A stretch of 64,000 nt of DNA. Origin: Eutreptiella sp. 'Long Island Sound 2002'. Taxonomy: Eukaryota; Protista; Euglenida. Below, piece after piece: positions 23,190 to 35,703 of the stretch. The stretch's first letter is position 1; the number at the start of each line of letters is the position of its first letter. The notes beneath the pieces are model-generated. The model was not told the DNA's origin and made no database searches. It saw only the letters and a list, made by a program, of their open reading frames with translations. Position numbers and translations under genes: made by a program. Where the stretch lies: NCBI GenBank assembly GCA_964036045.1, contig OZ038378.1, positions 159,092,001 to 159,156,000 of the forward strand, in the 5' to 3' direction.

Positions 23190-23522
23190 GGGCCTCACGC
23201 ACACAGAAACACAGCGAGGCAGGCTACGGACGGCCTCTGGACAGCGGCGCGTGGACAGCAAAAACAGTCAAACGACCAGCACATCCTCAATACGCCAATT
23301 ATTGGGCGCCGCTGACGCGCAAACGGCATATCCTGCCACATTCAGCACAGCCCCGGCACACCAACTACTGGGCTCCGCGAACGCGGAAACGACACCAGCA
23401 AGAGCACCGGCCGCAGCGGCTGACAGAACGGAGCGACCCGACGCAACATGCGGAGGGAAGAACGGGTGACTGTCCAGGGCCCCGTAAACGAGCAACAACC
23501 CAACGGAATGTCACACGGGGGG
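23190..23522 (+). repeat. Dispersed repeat of about 300 bp (SINE/MITE-like); second copy about 38823-39103
   Basis: CAGCAAAAACAGTCAAAC...CCAGCACATCCTCAATACGCCAA...GAAGAACGGGTGACTGTCCAGGGCCCCGTAAA...GGAATGTCACACGGGGGG occurs in both places. Confidence 0.85.
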
Positions 23523-23797
23523 GGTCTGGGTGGGTCCCACAAAGGGGCCGATTATTCAACTTTGATTTTCCCTCAGCCAAAGTTTGGGTCAAGATTTCTT
23601 TTGGGCGGGTGGGTCTCAGAGCCAAAAGACCCCCCGCCCTCTAAACAAAGCCTGGCTGAGACCCACAGCTTCTTGCCATCTCACGAACCTGCGGACCGCC
23701 AAAGGAAGTCGGCAAAACTGACCCAGTCCCTTTGTGTTGGTGGTTTCAGTGCGCCATGTGCAGTGAGGGCCAGGGACCGAGGCGCCTCTTGCAGCTC

Positions 23798-23996
23798 CTT
23801 GCATTGGTCCCCTGGACGCTTCCATGTGCCTCGTATGCACAGCGCAGGGGATCTGGCAGACCTGTTGCGGCGCATTTGCGCCGCCGTTCATTTTGGTTTG
23901 GCTCACGGCCCCTTTCCGTGTCCCGGCATTGGCACTACCTCATGCCCGTACCGCCGCCCGGGCCACGCAGGACACGCAGGCCACGCCCTCGCTGAG
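23798..23996 (+). CDS. Gene B putative upstream exon (5' boundary uncertain)
   Basis: The frame ...ARTAARATQDTQATPSL ends CTG AG|GTGCAG (phase 2), which joins the 24753 exon in frame. Confidence 0.4.
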
Positions 23997-24094
23997 GTGC
24001 AGGAGGTGCATGCGCCACGTTGCCCGGGGACCTGGCTGCGGGTTGGACAAGGGGAATGACGCAGTCACTCCTGCCCCGTCTGGGGGGGGGGGTG

Positions 24095-24453
24095 CAGACC
24101 TTTGCTTAAGGTGGGTCCCACCCTACCCCCCGGGGGGGGGGGGGTCTGTGGCCTGTGGGTGGGTGGGTTACTTTGGTTTTGGGCAATTTGGCCTAAAGTG
24201 CCTACTTCCCCTACTGCCAGTTCTGCTATACTGCTGTTCAAAGATCGCATGATGACTGAAGGACAAAATTTTTTTTGGGCAAATACACAGGGTTTTTGTG
24301 TTACCAGCTGATTGTAACAGCACAGACCCCCCCCCCCCTATGGGGGGAGTAGGGGGGTCCTGGGCGGGTGGGTGGGTGGGTGGGCTGCCTGGTTCTGAGG
24401 CAGCCCCAGAGGGACCCCCCGCCCCCCCCCCCCGGTTGGTAAGCAAAGGTCTG
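24095..24453. mobile_element. hAT-type MITE (359 bp), family 1
   Basis: Perfect 14-bp TIR CAGACCTTTGCTTA / TAAGCAAAGGTCTG; perfect 8-bp TSD GGGGGGTG. Confidence 0.9.
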
Positions 24454-24752
24454 GGGGGGTGCTCCCGCACGGAGGCCATTGCTCCTCCGCGCAGAGGCAG
24501 TCGCTACTGCCTGCTGAGGCGTGGCAGTGGACGACTCACACGGACCGGCTCTCCACGTCCGGAGTTGTTCTGTGTCCGCCCGGTTGCTCACACCAGCCCA
24601 GGCACACCGACTTTGGCCGTTTGGGGGATTGAAGGGGGCGGGGGTCCCAAAAAACAGAGTATCCGGACCAGATGTCTTGACCGGCCCTTATGCCCTACCC
24701 CCTGCCAATCCGTGAGAGTTCTTGGGTCCTGCGTCAGCTTTTCTCTCTCCAG

Positions 24753-24901
24753 CTCCAAGACACAGCCCCCCAAGGCCCCCGCCGAAGCTACCACTCCACC
24801 GAAGTCTTGTCCAGTCCATCAGAACGCATCTCTGACCAAGAAGGAGCGACGACGGTGGGAAGCTGAGCTCCAGGCCAAAGTCGATGAGATTGAAGCGGCA
24901 G
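24753..24901 (+). CDS. Gene B exon (phase 2 to 1)
   Basis: TTCTCTCTCCAG| acceptor; SKTQPPKAPAEATTPPK...KKERRRWEAELQAKVDEIEAA; G|GTGTGC donor. Confidence 0.7.
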
Positions 24902-25476
24902 GTGTGCATTCCACGGTGGTTGATGAGGCTTCGGCCGCTGCCTGAGGTGCTGCTCCCATGAATCATTTCAACAGCAGCGGCCAACGAACAAGAGTACAGG
25001 TTGCCTCTGAAATGGAGAAAAGACAAAAATAGTGAAGTGCCGGATGAGGGGGGCATCTGCAAAGGCTGGTGAAGCCGGTATGTACACCGAGTACAACTGC
25101 GAACACATTTTTTCGAGTCAGATTAGACACGTCTGCCTGGCAGACAAACTGTGTGGACACAACCTCCGGAAGACAAACCCCTTTTCTAACAAAGCCAACC
25201 CTCAAGGCTGGAGTGTAGGCCACCCTTTGTCCGTGGTGGCGCCGTGTCAGCGGCACATGGGCAACCCCTGGAACCGGCTGCAGCAAGTTCCCTCACCCTC
25301 CGGTCTGTTGCGAGGGCCTCCTCAGGCTGCGGCCTGTCAGTACAAAGAGGGAGAGTCTGCACTGTGTGCTGGTGCTGGTGCTGTGGTGATGAAACACCGC
25401 GATGGAGTGTTTCGCTGTATTTGCGCGCCTCATTTCATGAGGCGCAAATCAGGCCAGGCGCGCACTTTGTTAGCCC

Positions 25477-25687
25477 CAGGGATGTATTGGAAGGCCAGGG
25501 GCCCCGGAGGAGGTTCCAGATGCGGTTAGGCAGGCGGTTGGAGGAGGTTGCCAAAGCGGTTGGGGGCGGTTACTGTCGTTTACAAATGCCATTGACGCTG
25601 GCACTTGGCGTCAGGGAGACAGTGGCTGGGCATAGGCTGGGGTCCTGGAGGGGGGGTGGGGGCTCCCTCCCTTCCAATGCATCCCTG
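25477..25687. mobile_element. hAT-type MITE (211 bp), family 2
   Basis: TIR CAGGGATGTATTGGAAGG / CCTTCCAATGCATCCCTG; degenerate TSD GTTAGCCC / ATTGGCCC (6/8, two transitions). Confidence 0.8.
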
Positions 25688-26517
25688 ATTGGCCCCCCCC
25701 ACCCCCTCTGTGCGCTTTGGTAGCGCCAACCCCCCCCCCCCCCTGCACCAAGCCCCCCCACTTGTGCTAATCCCCCACCCCGGCCCCTGTGTGCCTTCCT
25801 CGCTCGCTGGGGTCCTGCCCCCATTGGGGCTTGCTGGCTCACTTCCCTCGTTCGAGACCTGCCCCTATGCACTTTTCCTGCTTGCTCGAGAGACGTGCAC
25901 ATGGCACGGGCAAACAGCGTCAGCGGACCGTCTTGGGGCCTTCGCGTCCACAACACGCCGACGGTGTCGACAATTGGCACACCGCGGCTACTTGGGGCAG
26001 ACCGCGTCTACAGACTACAGACTGCCATGTCCTGTGCCAAACCTCCCTGCGCCAATCCCCCCCTGCGCGCCTCCTTAGTGCCACCCCCCCGCCCCCCCCT
26101 CACGAGGCGCGCAGATCCGGCAGAACTATGCCTCGATGGGTCGGAAAAGCGTAGACTTTCAACAGAAAATCGTGATTCGTGAGCTGGCCAATTGCAAGAG
26201 TAGCCAGCAGTCCTGTTGCAAGGGCGGCCCCTACTGTTGACGTAGGTGCGCCTGGTGCAGAATTTCCCCCACCACATTTGGATCAGGCTGTTGCTTCCTT
26301 CCCCAATTTCGGGTCCATTTCATGAATTACATTGTATTCCCGAGGACAGGTTTTCTGATGTGGGTGTGTGGGTGGGTCGGCTTGGGTTTGCCAGGGCCCC
26401 AAATGCCCCCCCCCCCCTGATTTGGATGGTCGTTCCAGTGAAAGGGACGTGGAACTGAGTTCAGGCCGGCATTCGGAAGTGTTGGGGAGTGGACAGCACC
26501 ATTGTGGGCTTCTTCAG

Positions 26518-26894
26518 GTGACCCCACGCCCCCCGCCCGCGAAGGCAAGCGTGGCAAGAGCCACCAGTCCACCCGCGTCCGTGGCTCGACGGCGGCCCAC
26601 TCCAAGGCCGCACAGAAGTCCGCCTCCAAGGCCCGCAAGCGCCCCGGCAGCCCCGTGCCTCCGTCCAAAGGGCGGGGCACGCCGTTGCCGGACGCCAGCA
26701 GTGTGCCCCTGGAGAGCCACGCGGTGCCCTCTGTGGCGGACAGTGACCGATCGGAGTCCCGCCCGGAGTCCCTGTGCGAGGGCACCGGAATCCAAACAGA
26801 AGCCCCCGAGGCGCATATTGAAGCAACGGAGGCGATGGTGGAAGAGACGGAGGCCGGTGCTGGAGAGAGCGAGGCCCACAGTGAAGAGCCGGAG
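26518..26894 (+). CDS. Gene B exon (phase 1 to 0)
   Basis: TTCTTCAG| acceptor; GDPTPPAREGKRGKSHQ...EAHSEEPE; GAG|GTTTGG donor. Confidence 0.7.
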
Positions 26895-28778
26895 GTTTGG
26901 GCAGGGACGTGCGTTGGGGAAGGTGGGCACGCCCCCTGGGCTTTTCTCAGGGCACTCCCGGGGCTGAGAAGGGGAGGGGGGCCCGAGCAGCGGTACAGGC
27001 CGTTGCAGGGGTTGCCAAAGCGGTTGCGGTGGTCATTGTCGGTTGCCAATGACGTTGAAATTTGCGGTTGCAGTCGGGGAGAGAGCAGCTGGACCATGAG
27101 CCGGGGAGCCCTGCCCCTCCCCTTGTGCTCCCCTACAAGGCTTTACAGTGCAGCCCATCCGCTTGGGGTCTCCTGTAAATCGTGCAACAAATGGGGCAGT
27201 GCGCTCGAAATCCCGAGGGATACGAAACGGCGTAAGTGTGCCGTTTGGTACGTTGGGTGTACGCGCTGGTGTGAGTCGTCAGCGATGAACGGTCTGCGTT
27301 TCTTGCCTACGAAAAGTGCAGGTGAAAGTGAGATTGTTGCCCTTCTGCTCACAAGTGCTGCTTCTGCCCCTTGGCGTCCCTCCCGCGCAGGCGGCGGCGG
27401 CATGCGTCACCTTCAGTCATCCCCATGACAGTGAAGTTTGGGGGCTGCTCACCCACCACAAATCAGGGGGCGGGGGGGAATGCGGTCCGCACTTTCCCGC
27501 ATTTTCCGCATTTTTTTTCGCATTTTCCGGGCAGGTCCCTTAGTGTAATGTTCAAGAGGAAACATTCTAGTGGCATTGTCTTGTAGTCAGTTAGTTGTGA
27601 GGAACAATAGGTTTTGCGGGCGCCAGAGGCGCCGGAGAAGAAGGCAGACGGCAGGGGGAAATTTTTTTGTTTGACCCTATGTGTCTATGCTCAAAATACT
27701 CAGAATTTTGTGGAGAATTCAAAAATGGATGAAAAACACAGAAAAGGATTTTGACCCCGACCCGACCTCCGGGTCGGACCTTCGCTGATGGGAGCCTGAG
27801 TTGATGGGCAAATTTTTTTTGAAAAAAATTTTCCCCAGTTGTGTATATTCAAAATGAACAGCGTGTCACGGGGATCATTTTGAGGTATGTATGTTGGGGT
27901 ATCCCCCCCCCCCCGGGGAGCCCGGCGGTTTGGGTCAATGGGGGAGCACCTGATGCGGCGCGAACATTTAGCGGTCTGGCCTGACCAAGCAGCTGCAGCT
28001 TCTGCCCCTAGCGGTTTTGAGCCTAGCACTAAGTTGTTCCATCAAACCGTCCATGCTTTGAGCGCCCAATTGTGCAAGACGAGACGAAACATAGGGGTTT
28101 CGAGGGGCAAACACCATTCTAACAAAACCGCATTTTCTATCGCATTTTTTGCCCTATTTTCCGCATTTTTTCCGCATTTTTCCGCTTTTTTTGCCAATCC
28201 CGGCGACCGCATTCCCACCCCCCCCCCCTGCACAAATGATGTGGGAAGGGTAACACAGGGCCAGGGGGTTCCGGATCACCAAGTGTTAGGCATCGGTGGT
28301 GCACAGCATTTCCAGGCAGCTTGCCATTGGCTTTGTTTCCCCGTGCGTGCAGTGCCAATGGGAGAAGGGAGACGGGGCGAAGCTGACGCCCAAATGGGCC
28401 CATCTGCGGTGGCGATTTGTGCCCCATGAAGTGAGCGGTCGGCGTTTCAGACCATACCAGAGTGTATCTGGGGGGACCCACAGAGCACGCTCCCTGTGTC
28501 CCTGTGTGGCCCACGGGGCCTGTGCATCAGTGGAGCCAGCTCCATTGACCCCAAACACCCGTCGCAACTCATTCTCATTGCGCACTCCTGAGGCAAAGTG
28601 CGCCAGCCAGTATTCGGGGGTTGTTCTGGTCCAGCCATGAGTTGTGCCGGGGCCGTCTCAAATTGGTTGCTTGATTTCGTGAATCTTGTGGAGTTTTGGG
28701 CATCTTGACGCCCGGCGGAGGGAGCGCTGCACGAATTACTGGGCGGCAGGGAAGGCAGACAAGGGCATGGCTCGTGTT

Positions 28779-28984
28779 CAGGGATGCACCAGAGGGGAAG
28801 GGGCCTCGGAGGCGGCCCCAGCAGAGGTTAGACAGGCGGCTGGAAGGGGTTGGGGGCGGTTACTGTCGGTTACAAGTGCTGTCGAGGCTGGCACTTGGCG
28901 TCAGGGAGACGGTGGCTGGGCGTAAGCTGGGCGCCCTGGAGGGGGGGGGGGGGGGTAACCTCCCCCCCTTCCAATGCATCCCTG
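28779..28984. mobile_element. hAT-type MITE (206 bp), family 2
   Basis: CAGGGATGCA...TGCATCCCTG ends; perfect 8-bp TSD CTCGTGTT (28771-28778 and 28985-28992); body homologous to 25477-25687. Confidence 0.9.
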
Positions 28985-29032
28985 CTCGTGTTCACTGCGG
29001 TGCATGACCCCCGGATTTCCATCGGTCCGCAG

Positions 29033-29335
29033 GAGGAGCGTGGCACGGAGATTGGTGCCGACGACGACGCCCCCAACGCTCCCACCGAAGCTTCTGATCA
29101 GGATGAAGTCCCTAAGGCCCTGTCGGAAGCGATGGGGCCCCGCTCCGAAGTGGCCGGGCTTCACATCGAAGCCCCCGAGGCCAGTGGTATGGCCTCCGAG
29201 GCCCAGATTGCCGCTGAGGCCCGCCCCGCAGTGCCATGCGACCGGCAAGAGACCTCAGGGTCACCCGCCGCCAACCCGGACGCTGCCTTTCCGGAAGCGA
29301 CCGCTACTTCTCGTCCGTGTGCCAAGGATCTGCGG
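29033..29335 (+). CDS. Gene B exon (phase 0 to 0)
   Basis: CCGCAG| acceptor; 101 codons EERGTEIGADDDAPNAP...RPCAKDLR; CGG|GTGGGA donor. Confidence 0.7.
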
Positions 29336-29809
29336 GTGGGAACACAGAACACGGACAAGGCGGCTCGCAGCTGGTGTGTGGTGGGACGGGCCATGGGGCT
29401 GCGGCTGCAGGTTGTCAAGGCCAGCGGACGGCCGCCAGGGCGGGTTTTGGCGGATGCCCATTTGTGGGGTTTCCTCTTTGCAAATCGACGTCAAGTCAAA
29501 CCGCCGTCAGTTGGTCCCAATCAGTCCCCAATGGCCGTCGACTCATCTCCCATTGCCATTGATTAGTCCCCCGATTGCCGTCGGTTGGTCCTCAACTGCT
29601 GTTGTTGCCCCCCAACTGCCGTGAGTCGCCTCTGATACTATTGTCAATGACAATGCCGTCCCAATTTTTTAACGCGAGTGGAAAACGCCCTCGGAGCCGG
29701 ACGCAATGTGGGGGCGTTTCGATTGCCGAACCCTCTTGTACGTACCAAGTAGCCCCACACGCAAGGTGGCACACGAAGACCCACCCAATGAGGCAGAAAT
29801 GGGACCTAC

Positions 29810-29905
29810 GATGACCCCCTGGGGACCCTTGGGCCATTGTTGGGTGATCATTTGGTGACAATGGGAGTGCGGGTAACATCATGGGGAGCCATGTAGCACC
29901 AGCGC
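29810..29905 (+). repeat. Dispersed repeat; second copy about 32905-33000
   Basis: CCCCCTGGGGACC(C/T)TTGGGCC...GGTGATCATTTGGTGACAATGGG...CATGGGGAGCCATG is shared. Confidence 0.75.
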
Positions 29906-30252
29906 GGCCCTCCTAGTGGTGCTTATTGGCCCCAAAAGGGCTTGTTTGCACCGTGGTGGGCAAAACTTGGTTGGCCTGTAGCCGCCACTGTGCATCGATT
30001 GAGACCCGGTCCCATTCCACTTTTTTTCTTCCATATGGACCCCCTAACCAATGACGGGGATGTGGGGTTCACGGGGGGGGGCGACTCCGCGGGTCCTAGG
30101 ACGCCAACTACCCCTGCCCCCCCCCCCCCCTAGGGGCCTTCGGCCAACAGTTAGTTGCCAAAGGTGTCGCCCTCAGGCATCCATGGGCGCCTAAGGCGCC
30201 CGATGCTCCATGAACACCAAAGGTGCCCTAAGGAAAATTTTGTCCAATTTGC

Positions 30253-32406
30253 ACCCCAACACTATCCTTAAACCCAACCTTGACTCTAACACCCACCCCC
30301 AACCCTCAGCCTACTCCTATCCCTACACCTAACCCTAACCCTAATCAAGACTGAATATTGGGACCGCGCTGGTGGGGTAGTGCCTATGCTTCTGTGCGTA
30401 CTAGGGTGGAGGAAAGTTAATTGGTTGGGGGATGGCGATTGAGGGTTGCATGCATGTTGTTGTGTGTTTCGTATTCCTCTCCCCTCATTTTGCATTGGCA
30501 ACTGGTTTTCGCTTCATCGTGATGCCATTATTGCATGAATGTCACTGCATGTTTTGTTTTCCCCTCCCTCCTTTTGAGTTTGCAAATGGCTTTCGCTTCA
30601 CCGCGATCCCATTATTGCACGAATTGCACTGTCTGTTTTGTATTCCCCTCCCCTTTTATGTGTTTGCAAATGGCTTTCGCTTCACCGCGATCCCATTCAT
30701 TTTCGACTGCATGAGTTCCAACATTTGCTCTTGTGCGTGATAGGTAGATAGAGAAGTTAAAAAGTCCGCCTTGTATCATTGTGTGTTCAGTGTTCCCCTA
30801 ACCACTAGATATCTGCTTCCGTGCGTCGGGTAGGTTAATGATGTTGCATGTATGTCATTGATTGACTGTAGGTTAATGATGGCGATTGAGGGTTGCATGC
30901 ATGTGGTTGTGTGTTCTGTATTTGAATTTCGCTTTGTGCCATTCCGCCATATCCCATTAATTTGTGCCACGTGAGTTGGAAAAAAATTCGCGTGAATTTT
31001 TTTTCCTGCCCCCCACGTCGCCCTTAGCTTACTGCATACGTTGTGTTGTTTTGGACCACGTTCATCCTAACCTTGAAGCGAGCAACCTAACCCCGTACTC
31101 CACTCGGAATGAATGTGCTCCCCAAGCTTCGTGTTGACGTCTGCGCTCGGCTTTCGCTTCACCGCGATCCCGTTCCTCTTTCTCTTGTTATGAGCAAATC
31201 GATGCATATGTACAATGCATTGTACTTCCTGCCACATACCTGTACCAAAAAATTGATGTCTCTATCCGGCTATTGTGTGCCTGTCAAGTGTTGCATGTTC
31301 CTTGTTTCACGCATTACGGGGTGCCACGAGGCCCACTTTCAAGGCTTTTTGGACTTCTGAGGGGCCAAAATGCCCCCAAAATGGGCTCAAAATGGGCCCA
31401 TTTCACCCGTTTGTGCACCCCAAATGGTCTAGGATGAGGTCTGGAAAAATGCGTTTTTGAGCCATTTTTGACCCATTTTTGGTCCCAAAACAGCCCAGTT
31501 TCAAGGCATTTTGGGATTTTCGGAGTACCAAAATGGGCCACCACAAGCTCAAAACGGTCCAAAAACACTTGTTTTAGCGTCGCACATGGTCTAGGATCAT
31601 TTTTGAGAAAAGTCATCTTTTTGCCCCTACTGGACCCTGTTGACCCATTTGGGCACCCACCTGTTTGGGCTTCAGCTTGCAGCTTGCCGCAGCCTAGTGG
31701 GCCTAGGCATTGGGGTCTAGGCGTCCCTTTGGGCAATTCTGAGGGGTGGAAACCACAAAAAGTGGGGGGTTGCGGGTGGAATAGGTGCCCTCGGAATCGC
31801 ATTTTGAGCGATGTAGCCAAAGATATGGCCTATTCTTGGTTTGTGGCTGTCGGCATTTGGAGCTTCTGGGGGCCTTTTTGGGCCGTTTCCTGGACATATC
31901 ATGGAGTTAGAGGGCGGCAAAGAGCTCGTTGACACGGGGAAGTCAAGCCGCACATGGAGTGTAGCCACCGTTTCCCTTCGTTTGGCCGTTTTGAATGGGT
32001 TTTAGGGCTTTTTTGGCCGAAAAATGGCTGTTTTGGCCCTAAACTGCAGTTTTTGAAACTGAGGTCCGCCACTTGCGAATCCCGTTCCCGGCCACCACTG
32101 TCAAGTTTCCTGCTCAAACTTTGTGTGATTGTACTTCACACCCATAGGTATCATCCACCAAAATTTCACTCAAATCCAAAGCACCACGACGGAGTTCTGA
32201 TTTTGGCCCATTTCGCGCGTGCTGCTTGCTTGCTGCTTGCTGCTTGCTTGCTGCTTGCTTGCTGCTTGCTTGCTAAACCTGGTAGGTCCACCCTAGACAC
32301 TAAAAAGGGTTATAAAACCAAGACTGGTTCCACCAGCTCGGTGACCCTAGCCCTAACCCTAGCCCTGGCTCTCACCCTAGGCTAGGGTCAGAGTGAGTGT
32401 TGGGGT
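30253..32406. mobile_element. Putative non-coding element of about 2.15 kb with 11-bp inverted ends and telomere-like hexamers near both ends
   Basis: ACCCCAACACT (30253) / AGTGTTGGGGT (32406). Degenerate CCCTAA/CCCTAG runs at about 30270-30345 and 32343-32385; internal 81-bp tandem repeat (about 30490-30710). No clear TSD. Confidence 0.4.
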
Positions 32407-32512
32407 CCAAAATGGAGAGCAATGATGTGGCAAAAGCAGCCATGAACGAAATTGGAGGGATCTTGTTCAGCCCAATCAACATGGCTGGCATGGCCAAACC
32501 AACTGGCTGCAA

Positions 32513-32550
32513 AGGTTAGGGTTAGGTTTATGGTGATGCTATGGTTAGAG
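32513..32550 (+). repeat. Degenerate TTAGGG-like run
   Basis: GGTTAGGGTTAGGTTTATGG...GGTTAGAGGG, opposite in orientation to the CCCTAR run about 130 bp upstream. Confidence 0.55.
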
Positions 32551-33320
32551 GGAGGGCAAGGGGAGGTAAGGGGAGCCTGTGCCCCCCCCCCCCAACACCC
32601 CAAATCACCTCACCTGGACCCCCCCCCCCCAACCCACCCTCCCGGAGCCCCCCCCCCCCCCATCGCCCCTCCTAGACCCCCCCTCCAATGCCCCCCCCCC
32701 CCCCCCCCCCCCCCCAAGGGGCCTCCGGCCAACAGTTAGTTGGGGGGGTAGTTGGCGTCCAGAACCGAGGGGTCGTCCCCCCCGGGGTGGGGTTCGATCT
32801 CCGAGTTCCCAAGATGGGCCCCCATATGGGGCCCCACCGGTGACGACTTCACCGTTTTCCGGCCGGCATGGGTGGGCTGACAAATTGGGATTCCAGGTTG
32901 ACCCCTGACGCCCCCTGGGGACCTTTGGGCCGTTGTTTGGTGATCATTTGGTGACAATGGGTGTGCGTATAAAGCCATGGGGAGCCATGGAGCAGAGGTA
33001 GGGGGGGGGGGTCTGGAGGGCGAACAAATCACAAGAGTCACTCTTTGCGGGGCCCTGCCGAAGGCAATGGAATTTCACTGCATCCCGGCCAAAGGATGGT
33101 GTTTCCGGACCCCCTTGTCACGCTGACGCAATCATTGGGCCCAAGGTCACCCCCAGGCCATCACATTGGGCTCAGCGGGCCCCGTCAATGGAGCCTGTTG
33201 GTTGGGGAGGGGGGCGCCCAGCCAGCCCCCCCCCCCGCCCCCTGCACCGGGATGCCAGGATCAAGGCAGGGGGGCGCACATGTCTGCTTTCATATTTGTT
33301 TGCTTCCTGTACATCTGCAG

Positions 33321-33652
33321 TACGCAACATGCCGTTCCAACAATAACCGCACGCGCAGGGTACACTCGGTTGGATCCCTGGATAGCATTGGATTCGCATT
33401 TATGGAGTTTCGCACTTTGCACATTTCGGGGGACCCTGACCCCAAGTCCCTGCGTGTTTGCACAGCCGTCAACGGGTGTTTGCTATCCCGCGTGTATCCC
33501 ACGTGTCTCCCAAGTCTCCACTGTGTGCATCCCGCACCCCAAAAGAGTGCGTATTCCGTGCCCCCAGGAGTCTCCCTATCCAGGTCTGGTCAGGCTGCAG
33601 GAGGCAGCGGCTGCCCACTGCGCTTACAGGATCGAGCCCACACCTTTAAACG
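33321..33652 (+). CDS. Gene B exon (phase 0 to 2)
   Basis: CATCTGCAG| acceptor; frame open YATCRSNNN...DRAHTFK; canonical donor AAACG|GTGAGC. It bridges the phases of the 29033 and 35023 exons. Confidence 0.5.
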
Positions 33653-33699
33653 GTGAGCCCAAGCGTTTACATGGTCAGCCCAGGCCTTTTAAATGTTGA

Positions 33700-34962
33700 A
33701 GCCAAGTCTCTAAATGGGGAGCCCAAGTCTCTAAATGGGGAGCCCAAGTCTCTAATGGGGAGCCCAAGTCTTTGAATGGGGAGCCCAAGTCTCTAAATGG
33801 GGAGCCCAAGTCTTTAAATGGGGAGCCCAAGTCTTTAAATGGGGAGCCCAAGTCTCTAAATGGGGAGCCCAAGTCTCTAAATGGGGAGCCCAAGTCTTTA
33901 AATGGGGAGCCCAAGTCTTTAAATGGGGAGCCCAAGTCTTTAAATGGGGAGCCCAAGTCTCTAAATGGGGAGCCCAAGTCTCTAAATGGGGAGCCCAAGT
34001 CTCTAAATGGGGAGCCCAAGTCTTTAAATGGGGAGCCCAAGTCTTTGAATGGGGAGCCCAAGTCTCTAAATGGGGAGCCCAAGTCTCTAAATGGGGAGCC
34101 CAAGTCTTTAAATGGGGAGCCCAAGTCTCTAAATGGGGAGCCCAAGTCTCTAAATGGGGAGCCCAAGTCTCTAAATGGGGAGCCCAAGTCTTTGAATGGG
34201 GAGCCCAAGTCTTTAAATGGGGAGCCCAAGTCTCTAAATGGGGAGCCCAAGTCTCTAAATGGGGAGCCCAAGTCTCTAAATGGGGAGCCCAAGTCTCTAA
34301 ATGGGGAGCCCAAGTCTCTAAATGGGGAGCCCAAGTCTTTAAATGGGGAGCCCAAGTCTCTAAATGGGGAGCCCAAGTCTCTAAATGGGGAGCCCAAGTC
34401 TCTAAATGGGGAGCCCAAGTCTTTAAATGGGGAGCCCAAGTCTTTAAATGGGGAGCCCAAGTCTCTAAATGGGGAGCCCAAGTCTCTAAATGGGGAGCCC
34501 AAGTCTCTAAATGGGGAGCCCAAGTCTCTAAATGGGGAGCCCAAGTCTCTAAATGGGGAGCCCAAGTCTTTAAATGGGGAGCCCAAGTCTTTAAATGGGG
34601 AGCCCAAGTCTTTAAATGGGGAGCCCAAGTCTCTAAATGGGGAGCCCAAGTCTCTAAATGGGGAGCCCAAGTCTTTAAATGGGGAGCCCAAGTCTCTAAA
34701 TGGGGAGCCCAAGTCTCTAAATGGGGAGCCCAAGTCTTTAAATGGGGAGCCCAAGTCTTTAAATGGGGAGCCCAAGTCTTTAAATGGGGAGCCCAAGTCT
34801 TTAAATGGGGAGCCCAAGTCTTTAAATGGGGAGCCCAAGTCTTTAAACGGGGAGCCCAAGTCTTTAAATGGTGAGCCCAAGTCTTTAAATGGTGAGCCCA
34901 AGCCCTTAAATGGTGAGCCCAAGTCTCTAAATGGTGAGCCCAAGCCCTTAAATGGTGAGCCC
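33700..34962 (+). repeat. Minisatellite, 21-bp unit AAATGGGGAGCCCAAGTCT(C/T)T, about 60 copies, intronic
   Basis: Direct reading. It generates the artefactual NGEPKSL, DLGSPF(K/R) and WAPHLET repeat ORFs. Confidence 0.97.
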
Positions 34963-35022
34963 CTCGACCGCACCCCACGCGGCCCTGCGTCTATGCACTG
35001 ACCCATGTTTCCCTGCACACAG

Positions 35023-35152
35023 GCCCAGGCAAGAGGACAGCGAGTGTGGCCATGGTCACTCCCGCAGCAACGGCAGCGAGTCGGCCCTCACGGACGAAGT
35101 CTCCAGCGAGAATCTTGACGAGGAGAACGCTGACATGTTGGTGCTGGCAGAC
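35023..35152 (+). CDS. Gene B exon (phase 2 to 0)
   Basis: TTTCCCTGCACACAG| acceptor; PRQEDSECGHGHSRSNGSESALTDEVSSENLDEENADMLVLAD; GAC|GTATGC donor. Confidence 0.65.
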
Positions 35153-35703
35153 GTATGCCCCTGTGGGGGGGTGTCTCGCGGATGCTGGCCCTGACAGGGC
35201 CTTGCTCGCTGTGAAACCCTCCCCCGAAACGTGAAGGGGGGTGTCATTAGTGCGTGTGTTCTGGGCTGTCACCATTGCAGGCCGTGGGTACCCACTGTGG
35301 CCCCTTCCCGCCAAAGTTCCAAATGGAAAATGGAGGTCAGTTGGTGGCAACGAGGGATAATTGTATCGCAGGACAAGCACCATTGGAGCCCATGGCACAC
35401 GCAGGGGGCGCAGAAGTCGGCGATGGGCAAAGGTGCCCAACATGAATGGAACCGATGCTGGGGATGAGTCCTACCATCCGGCCACCGCATCCTCCACGTT
35501 CTAAACGGAGTATGAACCGTTTTGGATTTGCTACCTTCCTACGGCTAATGCCCGAATAGGGTCGCCTGGAAAGTGGAGTCTACAGCCTGCGTTGTGTGCT
35601 GTTTCTCTTCCAAAAAGTGTTTCACCATGATCCCATTGTGGATACTGACGATGAGGTCCAGACAGAGCGATGGGGTGCACAGTATCACGCAATCCATGCC
35701 GTA

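Noticed and set aside
33700-34962. CRISPR-like or information-storing array
   Set aside because: The units are contiguous with no unique spacers and there are no cas genes; the variation is ordinary VNTR point variation.
33675-35018. 400+ aa ORFs (DLGSPFK, WAPHLET and NGEPKSL repeats)
   Set aside because: By-products of a 21-bp stop-free minisatellite; they lie in a predicted intron and have no independent start context.
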